From: an uncultured bacterium
GTDB lineage: Bacteria > Babelota > Babeliae > Babelales > Babelaceae
Assembly: GCA_963819815.1 (NCBI GenBank)
Contig: CAWFXL010000001.1
Coordinates: 512,001 to 576,000 of the forward strand
DNA length: 64,000 nt
Reading direction: 5' to 3'
Part shown: positions 51,056 to 61,270 of the stretch, one piece after another
How positions within the stretch are numbered: position 1 is the stretch's first letter
Layout of the letters: the number at the start of each line of letters is the position of its first letter
The notes under the pieces: generated by a model
What the model saw: only the letters and a program-made list of their open reading frames with translations
Database searches by the model: none
What the model was told of the DNA's origin: nothing
Program-made: the position numbers and the translations under genes

Positions 51056-51470
51056 AGAGACTCCTTATAGTGGTATCTTCTTAGCTTATATCAATTAAAC
51101 ATACCGGGTATGTAGCAAAAAACAAATGGGGCCATACATTCTGAATATGGGAAAAAGAAGAGCCAAATTAGGTGACTTTTTCTTGGAAAGCCTGATACAG
51201 TGGCTCTAAGGCAAGCCTATTTCACTAAAATTCCTTGACTTTCTCCCTGGATAATGTTACAATTCGAAATATAAATATAGCAAAAAGCAATGCCGAAAGA
51301 CAGCCTGGGCATTTTATAATGATGCAGAAAAAGACCTCCCCGTACTCATTTTCAAAAGAAAATCATCGAAAAAATCTATTGGATAGATTTATCACAAACC
51401 ATTTGCATCTAAAAACAAGATATGCTACCTTAATCCTAAGATAGGTACTCTATAAATAATAAGGAAAGAC

Positions 51471-51893
51471 ATGAACAAATACTTTTTAACAGTTGCCCTA
51501 CTTATGACTTCGTCATCTATCATGAGTGTTCCCTATATTAAAAGCATATGCTGGGGAAAGATCGAAATAACAGATAAGGGAAAAGACACCATCTATAAAG
51601 ACGCAAAGGTGTGGCCTTCACAAGCAAAAGCGTGGGACTGGAAAGAAACAGGTACCTTACATGTGCCTGGAATACAAATCGCAGACATCAAAGAGTTCAT
51701 CAATGATGTTGATGAGGTAATCCTCACCCGAGGCATGGACCTCGTACTCCAAGTACCACAAGAAACTATCAAGTTTGTCACCGATAAAGGTAAAAAATGC
51801 CATGTTGGACAAACTGAAGAAATGGTGCAGCTTTATAATAAGTTAGTGAGACAAGGCAAAAAGGTTGGCGGAGTCTTCCACTCAACCTGCTAA
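51471..51893 (+). CDS. Mth938/AAMDC-like protein with signal peptide
   Basis: WG..YKDAKVWP..WDWKETGT.H.PG..RGM..GGVFHSTC. Confidence 0.88.
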   Translation: MNKYFLTVALLMTSSSIMSVPYIKSICWGKIEITDKGKDTIYKDAKVWPSQAKAWDWKETGTLHVPGIQIADIKEFINDVDEVILTRGMDLVLQVPQETIKFVTDKGKKCHVGQTEEMVQLYNKLVRQGKKVGGVFHSTC

Positions 51894-53116
51894 GCTTCAT
51901 ATTTTCAAAGATTAAGAAGGCTCAAGAGATACTCTTGAGCCTTTATGCTTGTCTAGTCTCAGCTAAACTCTTGCCTCATACTCAGGGTATTTTCTGGACT
52001 TCGGCAACCATTCCAAGCTTATGACATGGTAAATGTGGCGTTGCAAGCAACTACTAGTTTGGGGCCTCATTCAAACCTTCTTGAGGTTCAACTTATATTT
52101 CCTTTCTGGCCAAGGTAATGATCACATGCCCATGTTGAATGACTATAGAACTGTTAAGTTCAAGCCTAGCAGCTCAGGGCAGGCCCTTTTGACTGTGCAA
52201 GCCATCCTCTGTACGCTATAAATAGTTGAATATAATAAGAAAAAACTATCATGAGGTTATTATGAAGAATCGTTATACTTCTATCCTTCTCCTTGCGGTG
52301 ATGGGAGGCACAGTTTCGGGTCTTTATGCCGATAAGCCAAAATATTTTACCGCGGGTAATGTTTTTGCTGCGCTAGGATTAGCTGGTGCAACATACTATG
52401 CGTATGATCCTAGTAGACGCAAAGCAGAAACTAAGTGATGCGCGTGACTACATAAAAAATGCCGATTCTTTTACAATCGCTCTAGGGGCAGTTGCAGCGA
52501 GTTGTCTAGCCTATAAACTCTTTTTTCAAGGCGAAAATACACTTACCCAAGACACCCCAGCTATAGGGATTTCTTCACATAATCTTGTGCAGAAACCAAC
52601 GATCATGGCTTCATCATCTAGTATGAGTGCTCCCCACATTAAAAGCATCTCTTGGGGCAAACTAGTAATAACTGATAAGGGAAAAGACACCGTCTATAAA
52701 GATGCAAAGGTGTGGTCTTCACAAGCAAAAGCATGGAACTGGAAAGCTACAGGTACTGAACATGTACCCGGCATACAAATAGCAGACATCGAAGAGTTCA
52801 TCAAAGATGTTGACGAAGTAATCCTCACCCGAGGCATGCATCTCGTACTCCAGGTACCACAAGAAACTATCAAGTTTGTCACCGATAAAGGTAAAAAATG
52901 TCATGTTGGCCAAACTGAAGAAATGGTACAGCTCTATAATACGTTAGTAAGCCAAGGCAAAAAGGTTGGCGGAGTCTTCCACTCAACCTGCTAAGCTTCA
53001 TATTTTCAAAGATTAAGAAGGCTCAAGAGATTCACCAACTCTTGAGCCTTTATACTTGTCTATTCTCAGCTAAACTCTTGCCTAATGCATAAGGTATTTT
53101 CTAGACTTCGGTAACA
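51504..53116 (+). repeat. ~500-bp direct duplication (51504..52008 and 52605..53116)
   Basis: Near-identical gene 3' part, terminator (aaggctcaagag..ctcttgagcctt at 51917 and 53018) and downstream flank. Confidence 0.92.
52262..52994 (+). pseudogene. Second Mth938/AAMDC-like gene with membrane N-terminal extension, frameshifted near 52420
   Basis: MKNRYTSILLLAVMGG.. (GAGG RBS) stops at 52438; reading continues in another frame as AKQKLSDARD..GGVFHSTC. Confidence 0.75.
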
Positions 53117-53167
53117 TCGATTTTCTCTTTCATGAAAGATGCGAAGCTATGAATATCCTAACACCCT

Positions 53168-54781
53168 ATGCAAGTCACGCAGAGCCTTATTCTCAAGATG
53201 CTATCCTTGAAGCACGCCCATAGTCTTCGAAGAACAGCACCTTCTCATTTCCGGCTCAGTTCTCTCGCCGTTCTTGCATTTCTGGGCAACCTTACCACTC
53301 AGTGTGCTCTTCCTAAGAAGCCCTGCCATACTCCTCTAACAGCAACTGCAGAGTGCGCTCCCTGCTCTTTCGAGCAATGGGCCCAGAAAATACGAACACT
53401 TAAGGAACGGCCAATTGAGCTTTCTACGTTACCCGAAAAATCGGCTTACCAAAAAAATATTCTTACTCTCCCTCATTTTCTTGAGACAATCCAGAAAGCT
53501 GCGGATGCGATTGCTCTAGAAATCGGTTCTGATAAAAACTGGCTCCAAAAAAAGTCGGTTGTATCAAGCTTTCCTGAGATTTTTAAGCTGAGTCGCCCCC
53601 AAGTAAGTCCAACTCATGATGTACGCAATTTCCTCTTTAAACCCTATGCTCAGCGGCTTGTTGCACCTTCGGGAACTCAAGTTTTTATGTTTGGCGATCT
53701 CCATGGATCGGTGCACTCTCTTGTACGTGATCTTGAAAAGCTGCGCGACCTTGGGTATATCGATAACTCATTTAAGATCAGCAAAAAGGGCACCTACCTG
53801 CTTTTCCTCGGAGACTATATAGACCGCGGTATCTATGGTACCGAAGTCATCTATACCATAGCACGTTTAAAGATAGCAAATCCCCATCATGTTATCCTTA
53901 TTCGGGGGAACCATGAAGATTATATTCTCGAACCCTCCTTTAGAAAGAAACATTCATCTGAAGAAGAAAAGGATAATACTCCAAGCTTCATCGACGAACT
54001 GTACAAGAAATTTACTCTTACGGAAAAAGATGAAGTTCCCATCTTTCGGTTCTATGAAACACTCCCTCTAGTACTGTATCTTGGGTGCAGTAAGAAGGAG
54101 CATACCGATTACATGCACTGCTGCCATGGAGGGTTTGAATTGGGCTATGATCCATATCCTCTGCTTCATGCACCTCAAGAGATCCAATATGAAGCAATAG
54201 AAAAGCTCTGGCGTCGGAAAAACTTCTCTTCAAAGCTCACTCTGCCCTCACAAAATGCGATCAAATGTGCTTTCAGTTTAGACCTGCTGTGTAATGATAT
54301 TCGTGACTTCGTCCCAGAAGCGCCCTTCTATAAGATCGAAGGAACTGATCATGTTGCATACATTGGATTTCTGTGGAACGACCTGTATGTCGATCAAGAA
54401 AAAACGGTGGGACAGCGTGGTAAATCATTCACCGGGTGGGTATGTGGCTGCAATCTTGTAACTGATGTGCTTTCGTGGGGCAATTCAAAGACCGTTACGC
54501 TTCAAGGAATGTTCCGTGCTCATCAGCATAATAATGAAACTGGTGGCCCGATGCTTAATCTTCTCTGCTGTTCAAAGGGAGCAGCACGCTTGTGGAACAA
54601 GCCAATATATACGTTCGTTTCAGCTCCTGATTCGAAACTCGATGATACAGGAGAGCGCTGCTTTACCTATGATTCATTTGTGCATCTTACCACAGCACCA
54701 GCTTTTAAAGAATGGAAGATGGATCATTATATCCAGGATATTGGCATGGAAGTGAAACAATGGACAGCCGTAGCACTCTGA
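53168..54781 (+). CDS. PPP-family Ser/Thr phosphatase-like metallophosphoesterase
   Basis: GDLHG, GDYIDRG, RGNHE, HGG, LWND, RAHQ. Confidence 0.9.
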   Translation: MQVTQSLILKMLSLKHAHSLRRTAPSHFRLSSLAVLAFLGNLTTQCALPKKPCHTPLTATAECAPCSFEQWAQKIRTLKERPIELSTLPEKSAYQKNILTLPHFLETIQKAADAIALEIGSDKNWLQKKSVVSSFPEIFKLSRPQVSPTHDVRNFLFKPYAQRLVAPSGTQVFMFGDLHGSVHSLVRDLEKLRDLGYIDNSFKISKKGTYLLFLGDYIDRGIYGTEVIYTIARLKIANPHHVILIRGNHEDYILEPSFRKKHSSEEEKDNTPSFIDELYKKFTLTEKDEVPIFRFYETLPLVLYLGCSKKEHTDYMHCCHGGFELGYDPYPLLHAPQEIQYEAIEKLWRRKNFSSKLTLPSQNAIKCAFSLDLLCNDIRDFVPEAPFYKIEGTDHVAYIGFLWNDLYVDQEKTVGQRGKSFTGWVCGCNLVTDVLSWGNSKTVTLQGMFRAHQHNNETGGPMLNLLCCSKGAARLWNKPIYTFVSAPDSKLDDTGERCFTYDSFVHLTTAPAFKEWKMDHYIQDIGMEVKQWTAVAL

Positions 54782-54805
54782 TACTAAGCTTTTAATCCCT
54801 TAGCA

Positions 54806-55039
54806 CTAAAATTCATGCATGATCACATGCTTGGTGATCCAGAGAAGTCCCAAGCCTAGAGTAATAGCTAGAATATACCCGTAGGGTTTGCTCGGGAACA
54901 GAAATGTTTCGAAAATTTTCTGCAGACCCCAACTAGTACAAATAACAGCAAAGCCCGCGACAAGCGCAAAAAGGATTTGATGATGATCTTGAAAGCTATG
55001 CAGTTTTTGCCAGAGCTCGTGTAACATGTCTCTACTCAA
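54806..55039 (-). CDS. Small two-TM membrane protein
   Basis: Two hydrophobic segments; TTG start. Confidence 0.6.
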   Translation of the reverse strand: MSRDMLHELWQKLHSFQDHHQILFALVAGFAVICTSWGLQKIFETFLFPSKPYGYILAITLGLGLLWITKHVIMHEF

Positions 55040-55257
55040 TACTAAAGGGACTCGTGATAGCGGAACGTTACCATAATTGTAAAAAAGAAATCACATTGCC
55101 GCAAGCTCCCGTTTAGAAAACACTGGCACCATGGCTAATGAGCAACTGCCTGATAACAGGATAATTTCCCTTCCTAACTTTGCTTATTCTTGATGTATTT
55201 AGTAGCTATACATTCATCTATCATATACATGGAACACGTGTAACTCGAATGGCGTTA

Positions 55258-56139
55258 TCACGAAAGCTTTTTAATCTCAGACCCACAGTCAAAGATGATT
55301 TGTCCTATGATATATTTTTTTGTTTCTAAATATTTATTCGCGGCTTCACTCCCAACGTCTAGACATATAAGTAACATAGGATCGGCCACCTCTTTAACGA
55401 TAGAAAAAAGAGCTTTGGCAAAAATTGCGACATGCTTTTGAGGGATAACGGCAACTTCTTTCTCGATATCATACTTGTTAACGCTTTCACATAAACCTTT
55501 AAGAAACGGATACATCACCGAAAGATCAGAGAGATAGAAAAGCAAGGGCTTTGTAATGAAAGCATTAAGTTCTGGCGAACAAGGTGTACTTTTAATCTGT
55601 TTAAGGGTCTTCGTTTTAGAGAGATACCCTATAATCGACTGTACCAGTATATCACCCAGCTCAAAACCCACCTTATAGGCCGGAAATTTCGCGTAATAGG
55701 AAAGATCATGATTGGTGTGCTCTTTAATCTGCTCATAAAGTCTTGGGTCTAACGGGCCCGACGACGCCGAGGAAAGAGGCATACTTTTAATGAAATTTCC
55801 TAGGTTACAGAGAAGTTCACCCAGATCGCGAGTCTCTTTAAGAAAACCCAGCATGTCTGGAAGAAAATCAAGATCTAGTCCACTATTTGACAGTATATCC
55901 GACTGTACCAAGTAATGGCCATGTTCGATATAAAGTCGCAGATTTTTAAAGGCTCTCTTATGCTCTGGTGCTGAAGGAGGATAGTCTAAAAAGGTGGTTA
56001 CTAAGCTCATAGCATTCGAATCTAGGGGAGTATCGGAAAAAAGAGGCTCAGGTCTTTGGAAGTTCCTGGCAGTCAACCCACTCATACAGAGTACTATACT
56101 ACTTAGTAACGTTAGCTGCATTGATAATCTTATCTGCAT
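55258..56139 (-). CDS. Exported hypothetical protein
   Basis: AAGGA RBS; signal ..MSGLTA-RN. Confidence 0.7.
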   Translation of the reverse strand: MQIRLSMQLTLLSSIVLCMSGLTARNFQRPEPLFSDTPLDSNAMSLVTTFLDYPPSAPEHKRAFKNLRLYIEHGHYLVQSDILSNSGLDLDFLPDMLGFLKETRDLGELLCNLGNFIKSMPLSSASSGPLDPRLYEQIKEHTNHDLSYYAKFPAYKVGFELGDILVQSIIGYLSKTKTLKQIKSTPCSPELNAFITKPLLFYLSDLSVMYPFLKGLCESVNKYDIEKEVAVIPQKHVAIFAKALFSIVKEVADPMLLICLDVGSEAANKYLETKKYIIGQIIFDCGSEIKKLS

Positions 56140-56328
56140 ATGATAATCCTTTACGTTTCTATATTTCTTAACTTTAGTATAGTGGTGTCGGCCCTTATTG
56201 TAAAAAGGTCCACTAATTCATGAGAAACTGAATAAGTACACGTGCATACCCTCATACAAATGGGGACTTATGTATATGCAGACTCAAAAATATTAATTTA
56301 TGCCATTTTACAAAGAATTTCCATCATC

Positions 56329-56350
56329 CCCCTGGCTTGTAAGCCAGGGG
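56329..56350. repeat. Perfect hairpin resembling an IS200/IS605 subterminal palindrome
   Basis: cccctggctt-gt-aagccagggg; minus strand reads GAAACCCCTGGCTTACAAGCCAGGGGGATGA. Confidence 0.45.
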
Positions 56351-56373
56351 TTTCGGGCTAAGACAGAAAGCTC

Positions 56374-59226
56374 TTATGCCGCTGAAAGGCTCAGCTTAGC
56401 TAATAACCAACTTAGAAAGCCGGGCTGTTCCTTTTTTTCTCCCTGCTGCCCTTGCTGCTGAGATGCTTTCTCTATCAGACTATCCTGCTCAATACGACCC
56501 GCCTTCACGACGGTCCATTGTGAAGGATCAAAGTACTTGCGAGCAACTTCATCTACTTCCTCTTTGGTAAGAGCTTGAAGCATTGCAAGGCGCTTTTCAA
56601 CGATATCCATGGGCCTATCATCAGAAATAATTCCACAAAATCTTGCGAGACGCGCTTCGTTAGTCATTTTCGATTTAAGGAGTTGCACTTGGTAAAAAAG
56701 TTTTTCATTATCAAGCTTTTCTTGGGGAATACCCTGTTGCGCAATGCTTCGTAGCAGCTCTTTTATCGCATTCTCTACGACAGTAACATTATTCACACTG
56801 AGTGGAACAATAATCTTTGCGGCTCCTTTTTGATGAATTGATGCTTCCCCTAACGATGTCATACAGGTATAAAAAGCCCCTGTCTGTTCACGTATTTCAA
56901 AGATCTTGTTAAACAAGTACGATTCAATGAGCTTCAAGGCTAAAGTATCTTTGCTACCGTAGTAATCAGTCACTCGTCCAAACGCAAGGTATACTTGATC
57001 CACAGGTATCGGGCGGAGAATCTCTGTCCCTTTTTGTGCAGTGATATCAGGAACCTTCAGTGTTTGCTCAACAAGTGGTTTATACTCTGGATCTTGTTTC
57101 CAGGTACCAAACACTCTTTCAAGCTCACTTTCGATAGTAGCAAGATCAAGGTTACCCACCATCACCATAAACATGTTGGCCGGATTAATATAGCGCTTAT
57201 TGAAAGTCAAAAGATCCGAACGGGTGAGTGCTTTGAGCTGCTTACAGAGCTCTTCATCAGACTCCATCCATGGATAGTCCTTAAACAGTTCAAGCACCAA
57301 CAAGCGATCTGCCATATATTCGGGTTTCATTTTAGCCATCGTAAATTGCTCAATAAGCGAGTTACGTTCTTGAGAGAATATTTTTGCGTCATAGACACAA
57401 TCTTTAAGGATATGGAGTGCGCGTGCAGCAATGTCAGGATAATCCTCTGATAAACAGTTTATGGTCCCACCAGTTGCAGAGATAGCTACTTGAGCACCTC
57501 GCAGATCAAAAAACTCTTGGTTCTGTTCTTTGGTATACTTCGATGTTTGCAAAGAAGAAGCAATACTATTCATCGCAAAAAGTCGCACCATCGACTGATG
57601 TTTCGAACTTTGTGCCATACCAAAAAGCTCAGATGTTTTAAATTGTAGGGCACTTGTTATAAACGGTGTAGTCTCAGATTTTTTTATATAGACCGTCAGA
57701 CCATTTTTCAAGGTAACCACTTTATCAGGCTTTTCAGCTACATAGGCTGCTAATATTTCTGAGTCAGGCAGATCGTGTGGATACCGTGCAGATTCAACAC
57801 TGGTCTCACGCATTTTTCGCTGAAGAATCGTCTGCTCATAGGTATCTTCCTCCTGCTTTTTTGAAAGCCATTGAGCTTGCTCAGCTTCAGGGATAGGAAG
57901 GCACAGAATCGAATATTTAGAAGAAGGGGTAAGATAGGCTTTTATAAAACCTTTTATGGCATCTTTTGTGATGCCCTTAATTCGGTCGAGCGTACCAAAA
58001 AATGTATCGGTCGATCGAGTTGGAAAGTACTCGTGCTCAATGGTTGCAGATAACGTTGAACAATGTTCAAAGAGCTTAAAGAATGCCACTTCAGAGAGCT
58101 TCTTGAAGCTATCCAATTCAGTTTGCGTTGGCCCTTCAGTCTTCAGTTTTTCAAGCTCATTGGTGATAAGCTCTTTTACCTCTTTAAGTTTCGCTTGGTT
58201 TTTAAGATCGAAGGTATAGAAGAAAACACCTCCCAACTGTCTTTGCAAACTACTTGCAGCGACCGAATATACAAGATCTTTTTGATCGACGAGCAGCTTT
58301 TCTAACCGTTTGGTAAGCACCCAAGAAAGGCATTGAGCATAGTCTCCAGTAAGGGGATCTTGAGGCATCTTCCAGAGGTAGGTATATTGTGCTTTAGGTA
58401 TCGGTTTATAGAGCGTTATCTTTTTTTGCGCAAAGTCGAGAGTTGGTATTACCTGGACCTCATTTTCAGGGGTAGGCTTATACCCTTCAGTTGCAAAAGT
58501 CTTGCGTGCTGCGGCAAGAGCCTCTTCCACGTTAATATCTCCAACAATCGTAAGCAGCGCTTTTGCTGGTCCATAGTTTCGCTTATAAAATGCTTTGAGA
58601 TCCTTACTTGTTGCATTCAACAATACCTCTTTATAGCCACCAACCGGATGATGATATGGGTGATTATGAGGATAGATAAGGGAACAAAGCTCATCACCAA
58701 TTATTGCAAACAAGTTTGTTGATCGTAAATTAAGCTCCTCAATCACCGCTTTCACTTCTGATGCAAAATGGTTCTCATCAAAGCGAACATTAAACATGCA
58801 ATCTGCGAGGATATTAAGGAATACAGGCCAGTTATTCTTATCTGCGTTAAAATAGTATCGTGTAAGATCTGCAGATGTAGCAGCATTATACCCCTGACCA
58901 ATATCGCCAAGATGATATTTATGGGCAATCGCTTTTAAGCCGGTCTCAGACATCTTATCAGTACCTTTAAACATCATATGTTCAACCATATGGGCAAGGC
59001 CACATTCGTGGGGTTGTTCATTCTTACCACCGACATCATAGGTAATCCCTACTTGAACTTTATAGGTATCGGGCATCGGGTAGCACATAACCGTTAGCCC
59101 ATTAGGCAAAACCTCGGTAACAAGACGCTCTTGAGCCTGAGAAAACCACTGAGAAAGAGGCTTCCTAGCTTCTATCATGCTCAAACTACACAATACAACG
59201 ATACATACTTGACGAAAGATATTCAT
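56374..59226 (-). CDS. M16 family zinc protease (pitrilysin/PqqL-like)
   Basis: GLAHMVEHMMFKG (HxxEH), NAATS.D.T.Y, VIEE; second module TLKNGLTV..IREQTG. Confidence 0.93.
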   Translation of the reverse strand: MNIFRQVCIVVLCSLSMIEARKPLSQWFSQAQERLVTEVLPNGLTVMCYPMPDTYKVQVGITYDVGGKNEQPHECGLAHMVEHMMFKGTDKMSETGLKAIAHKYHLGDIGQGYNAATSADLTRYYFNADKNNWPVFLNILADCMFNVRFDENHFASEVKAVIEELNLRSTNLFAIIGDELCSLIYPHNHPYHHPVGGYKEVLLNATSKDLKAFYKRNYGPAKALLTIVGDINVEEALAAARKTFATEGYKPTPENEVQVIPTLDFAQKKITLYKPIPKAQYTYLWKMPQDPLTGDYAQCLSWVLTKRLEKLLVDQKDLVYSVAASSLQRQLGGVFFYTFDLKNQAKLKEVKELITNELEKLKTEGPTQTELDSFKKLSEVAFFKLFEHCSTLSATIEHEYFPTRSTDTFFGTLDRIKGITKDAIKGFIKAYLTPSSKYSILCLPIPEAEQAQWLSKKQEEDTYEQTILQRKMRETSVESARYPHDLPDSEILAAYVAEKPDKVVTLKNGLTVYIKKSETTPFITSALQFKTSELFGMAQSSKHQSMVRLFAMNSIASSLQTSKYTKEQNQEFFDLRGAQVAISATGGTINCLSEDYPDIAARALHILKDCVYDAKIFSQERNSLIEQFTMAKMKPEYMADRLLVLELFKDYPWMESDEELCKQLKALTRSDLLTFNKRYINPANMFMVMVGNLDLATIESELERVFGTWKQDPEYKPLVEQTLKVPDITAQKGTEILRPIPVDQVYLAFGRVTDYYGSKDTLALKLIESYLFNKIFEIREQTGAFYTCMTSLGEASIHQKGAAKIIVPLSVNNVTVVENAIKELLRSIAQQGIPQEKLDNEKLFYQVQLLKSKMTNEARLARFCGIISDDRPMDIVEKRLAMLQALTKEEVDEVARKYFDPSQWTVVKAGRIEQDSLIEKASQQQGQQGEKKEQPGFLSWLLAKLSLSAA

Positions 59227-59480
59227 TAAAAGCTCCTTAGGCGATACAATTCCAAAAGTCTTAACATAATCAGTCTACCAAAGTCTGACCTATGCGCAAG
59301 TGGTGAGGGTTCTCAAGATACTCCCTCCCAATCATAAAAATCGCTGAGGATGCTCATCGGTCTGCATCAATCTTTGGCACTTCTATCACCCAACCTGCCC
59401 AAGTTCACGAATTCTTCCATCTGGCCCTTGAGCATGCTATGCTTCATAACAGTGAGTTCTCCAATTACAGATGTAAACCT

Positions 59481-59765
59481 ATGAAAAAGAAACCTCCAAA
59501 AAAATCATGGGTGGCCAAAGTACAAGCCACCTCATTTGCCATGAGCCTGCCCGAAGGTATTTTCACCCGGCCAGCCAAAGAAGTCGCGCAAGGACTCAAA
59601 GATGCTGTTCTTGCAAGCGACAAAACAAAGGGCACTAAGTTCCAGTCCGCAATGTCTATGCTCAATTATTATATTAATCGAGCCGGGAAGAAATTACGTG
59701 AAGAAGACAGGGAACGCCTGGAACAGGCAAAAGACGAACTGAGAAAACTCTTTGATAAGGAGTAG
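59481..59765 (+). CDS. DUF3175-like protein
   Basis: LPEGIFT..FQSAMSMLNYYINRAGK..LEQAKDELR. Confidence 0.8.
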   Translation: MKKKPPKKSWVAKVQATSFAMSLPEGIFTRPAKEVAQGLKDAVLASDKTKGTKFQSAMSMLNYYINRAGKKLREEDRERLEQAKDELRKLFDKE

Positions 59766-59771
59766 AGAGAA

Positions 59772-60251
59772 ATGAATACTGCTTTAAAAGGCTCTTTACA
59801 GCGTGTACAAGAGGCACTGGAAAAATATAATCTAAATACACAGATTGTTGAATATGCCACTTCTACGCGAACTTCACAGGAGGCGGCAGATGCCATTGGC
59901 TGTGATCTAGGTCAGATCGTTAAGACACTCATCTTTAAAGGCAAGGAAAGCCATAGGCCATTGTGTGTACTCGTGAGCGGCAAAAATCGCGTAGAAGAAA
60001 AAAAAGTTTCTCTTATCGTTGGTGAACCGATCGAGCGGCCCGATGCAAAATTCGTTGAGCTCCATACGGGGTTTGCCATTGGAGGAGTTTCTCCCGTGGG
60101 ATATACTTTCGAACTACCCCCTTTAATCGATGAAGATCTCATTTCATATCCAATCCTATGGGCCGCTGCAGGAACACCACATACCGTTTTTAGTCTCACA
60201 CCTGCTGATTTAATCCGGATTACAAATGGACAGATAGCTAAGATACACTGA
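59772..60251 (+). CDS. YbaK/EbsC (aminoacyl-tRNA deacylase-like) protein
   Basis: EAA..IG..QIVKTL, TGFAIGGVSP, WAAAG. Confidence 0.92.
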   Translation: MNTALKGSLQRVQEALEKYNLNTQIVEYATSTRTSQEAADAIGCDLGQIVKTLIFKGKESHRPLCVLVSGKNRVEEKKVSLIVGEPIERPDAKFVELHTGFAIGGVSPVGYTFELPPLIDEDLISYPILWAAAGTPHTVFSLTPADLIRITNGQIAKIH

Positions 60252-60357
60252 GTTAGCAAAACTCTTGCATCAGAGCAACGGGTTGTCTAAAGTAGGGGCA
60301 AGATAAGAATTCTGAGTATCATTGGATAACTCTTGCACATGTTAAAAGGTTTTTCCC

Positions 60358-61185
60358 ATGCGTATCATTACAAAGTCATCCGGTGAGCAAGAAAGCTTCA
60401 TGCCGGACAAGTTCAAGAGATCCTTGCAAAGGGCCGGTGTATCTTTAAAGGTCAGCGAAATCCTTCTTCAAGAGGTCCTTGATCGACCTGAACTTGATAC
60501 TACGCAAAAAGTCTATGACTATGCTTTTCATAGACTTCGAGAAATCAATAGCCCAGTTGCAGCTCGTTACAGTCTTAAGAGTGCTTTGTACGAACTTGGC
60601 CCAGAAGGCTTTTTGTTTGAACGATTCATGGCTGAAGTTTTTAAAGCACAGGGCTACAGAACACGCAACGACGTGATACTCTCGGGAATGTGCGTAGATC
60701 ATGAAGTTGATATTATCATGGAGAAAGGCACTACGCGCTACATTGCAGAATGTAAGTTTCACAATCAAAGAGGTATAAAAACGGATGTCAAAGTTACTCT
60801 CTATGTGAAAGCACGATTTCTCGATCTCTCGGCACACTGGGAAAAATCTTCTCAACCAAGCTTTACAGGAGTCTGGTTGCTTACCAATACGCAGCTCACC
60901 CTTGAAGCAATAAAGTATGGTACCTGTGCAGGAGTAAACCTACTTGGATGGTCCTACCCTGAACAAGGCAACATTGCACAACTGATAGATACTCTTGGAC
61001 TTCATCCCATCACAAGCATCACCTGCTTAACCAGTCGACAAAAAAAGTTCCTTCTAGAACGCAATATTCTTCTTGCAAGCGAGCTGCTTGACCGTCCCGA
61101 TCTCTTAAAAGAGCTCGGTTTCACTCCTGAACAAATAGCCGCAACAACTGAAGAATTGCGGGTGCTCTGCAAGCCTTTGAGGTAG
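60358..61185 (+). CDS. ATP-cone plus Mrr-like PD-(D/E)xK endonuclease protein
   Basis: IITKSSGEQESF..KFKRSL (ATP cone); GPEGFLFE, HEVD, ECKFH. Confidence 0.85.
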   Translation: MRIITKSSGEQESFMPDKFKRSLQRAGVSLKVSEILLQEVLDRPELDTTQKVYDYAFHRLREINSPVAARYSLKSALYELGPEGFLFERFMAEVFKAQGYRTRNDVILSGMCVDHEVDIIMEKGTTRYIAECKFHNQRGIKTDVKVTLYVKARFLDLSAHWEKSSQPSFTGVWLLTNTQLTLEAIKYGTCAGVNLLGWSYPEQGNIAQLIDTLGLHPITSITCLTSRQKKFLLERNILLASELLDRPDLLKELGFTPEQIAATTEELRVLCKPLR

Positions 61186-61270
61186 TAAAGTAATTAAACG
61201 AAAAACCATTGAGAAAGCATCTAACAGTGTGCTATCGTAAAGACAGGATAACCACAAAAAAGAGGATCGT

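Noticed and set aside
51880..51893. C-terminal Cys (HSTC) as a lipidation signal
   Set aside because: It is the native conserved end of AAMDC-family proteins
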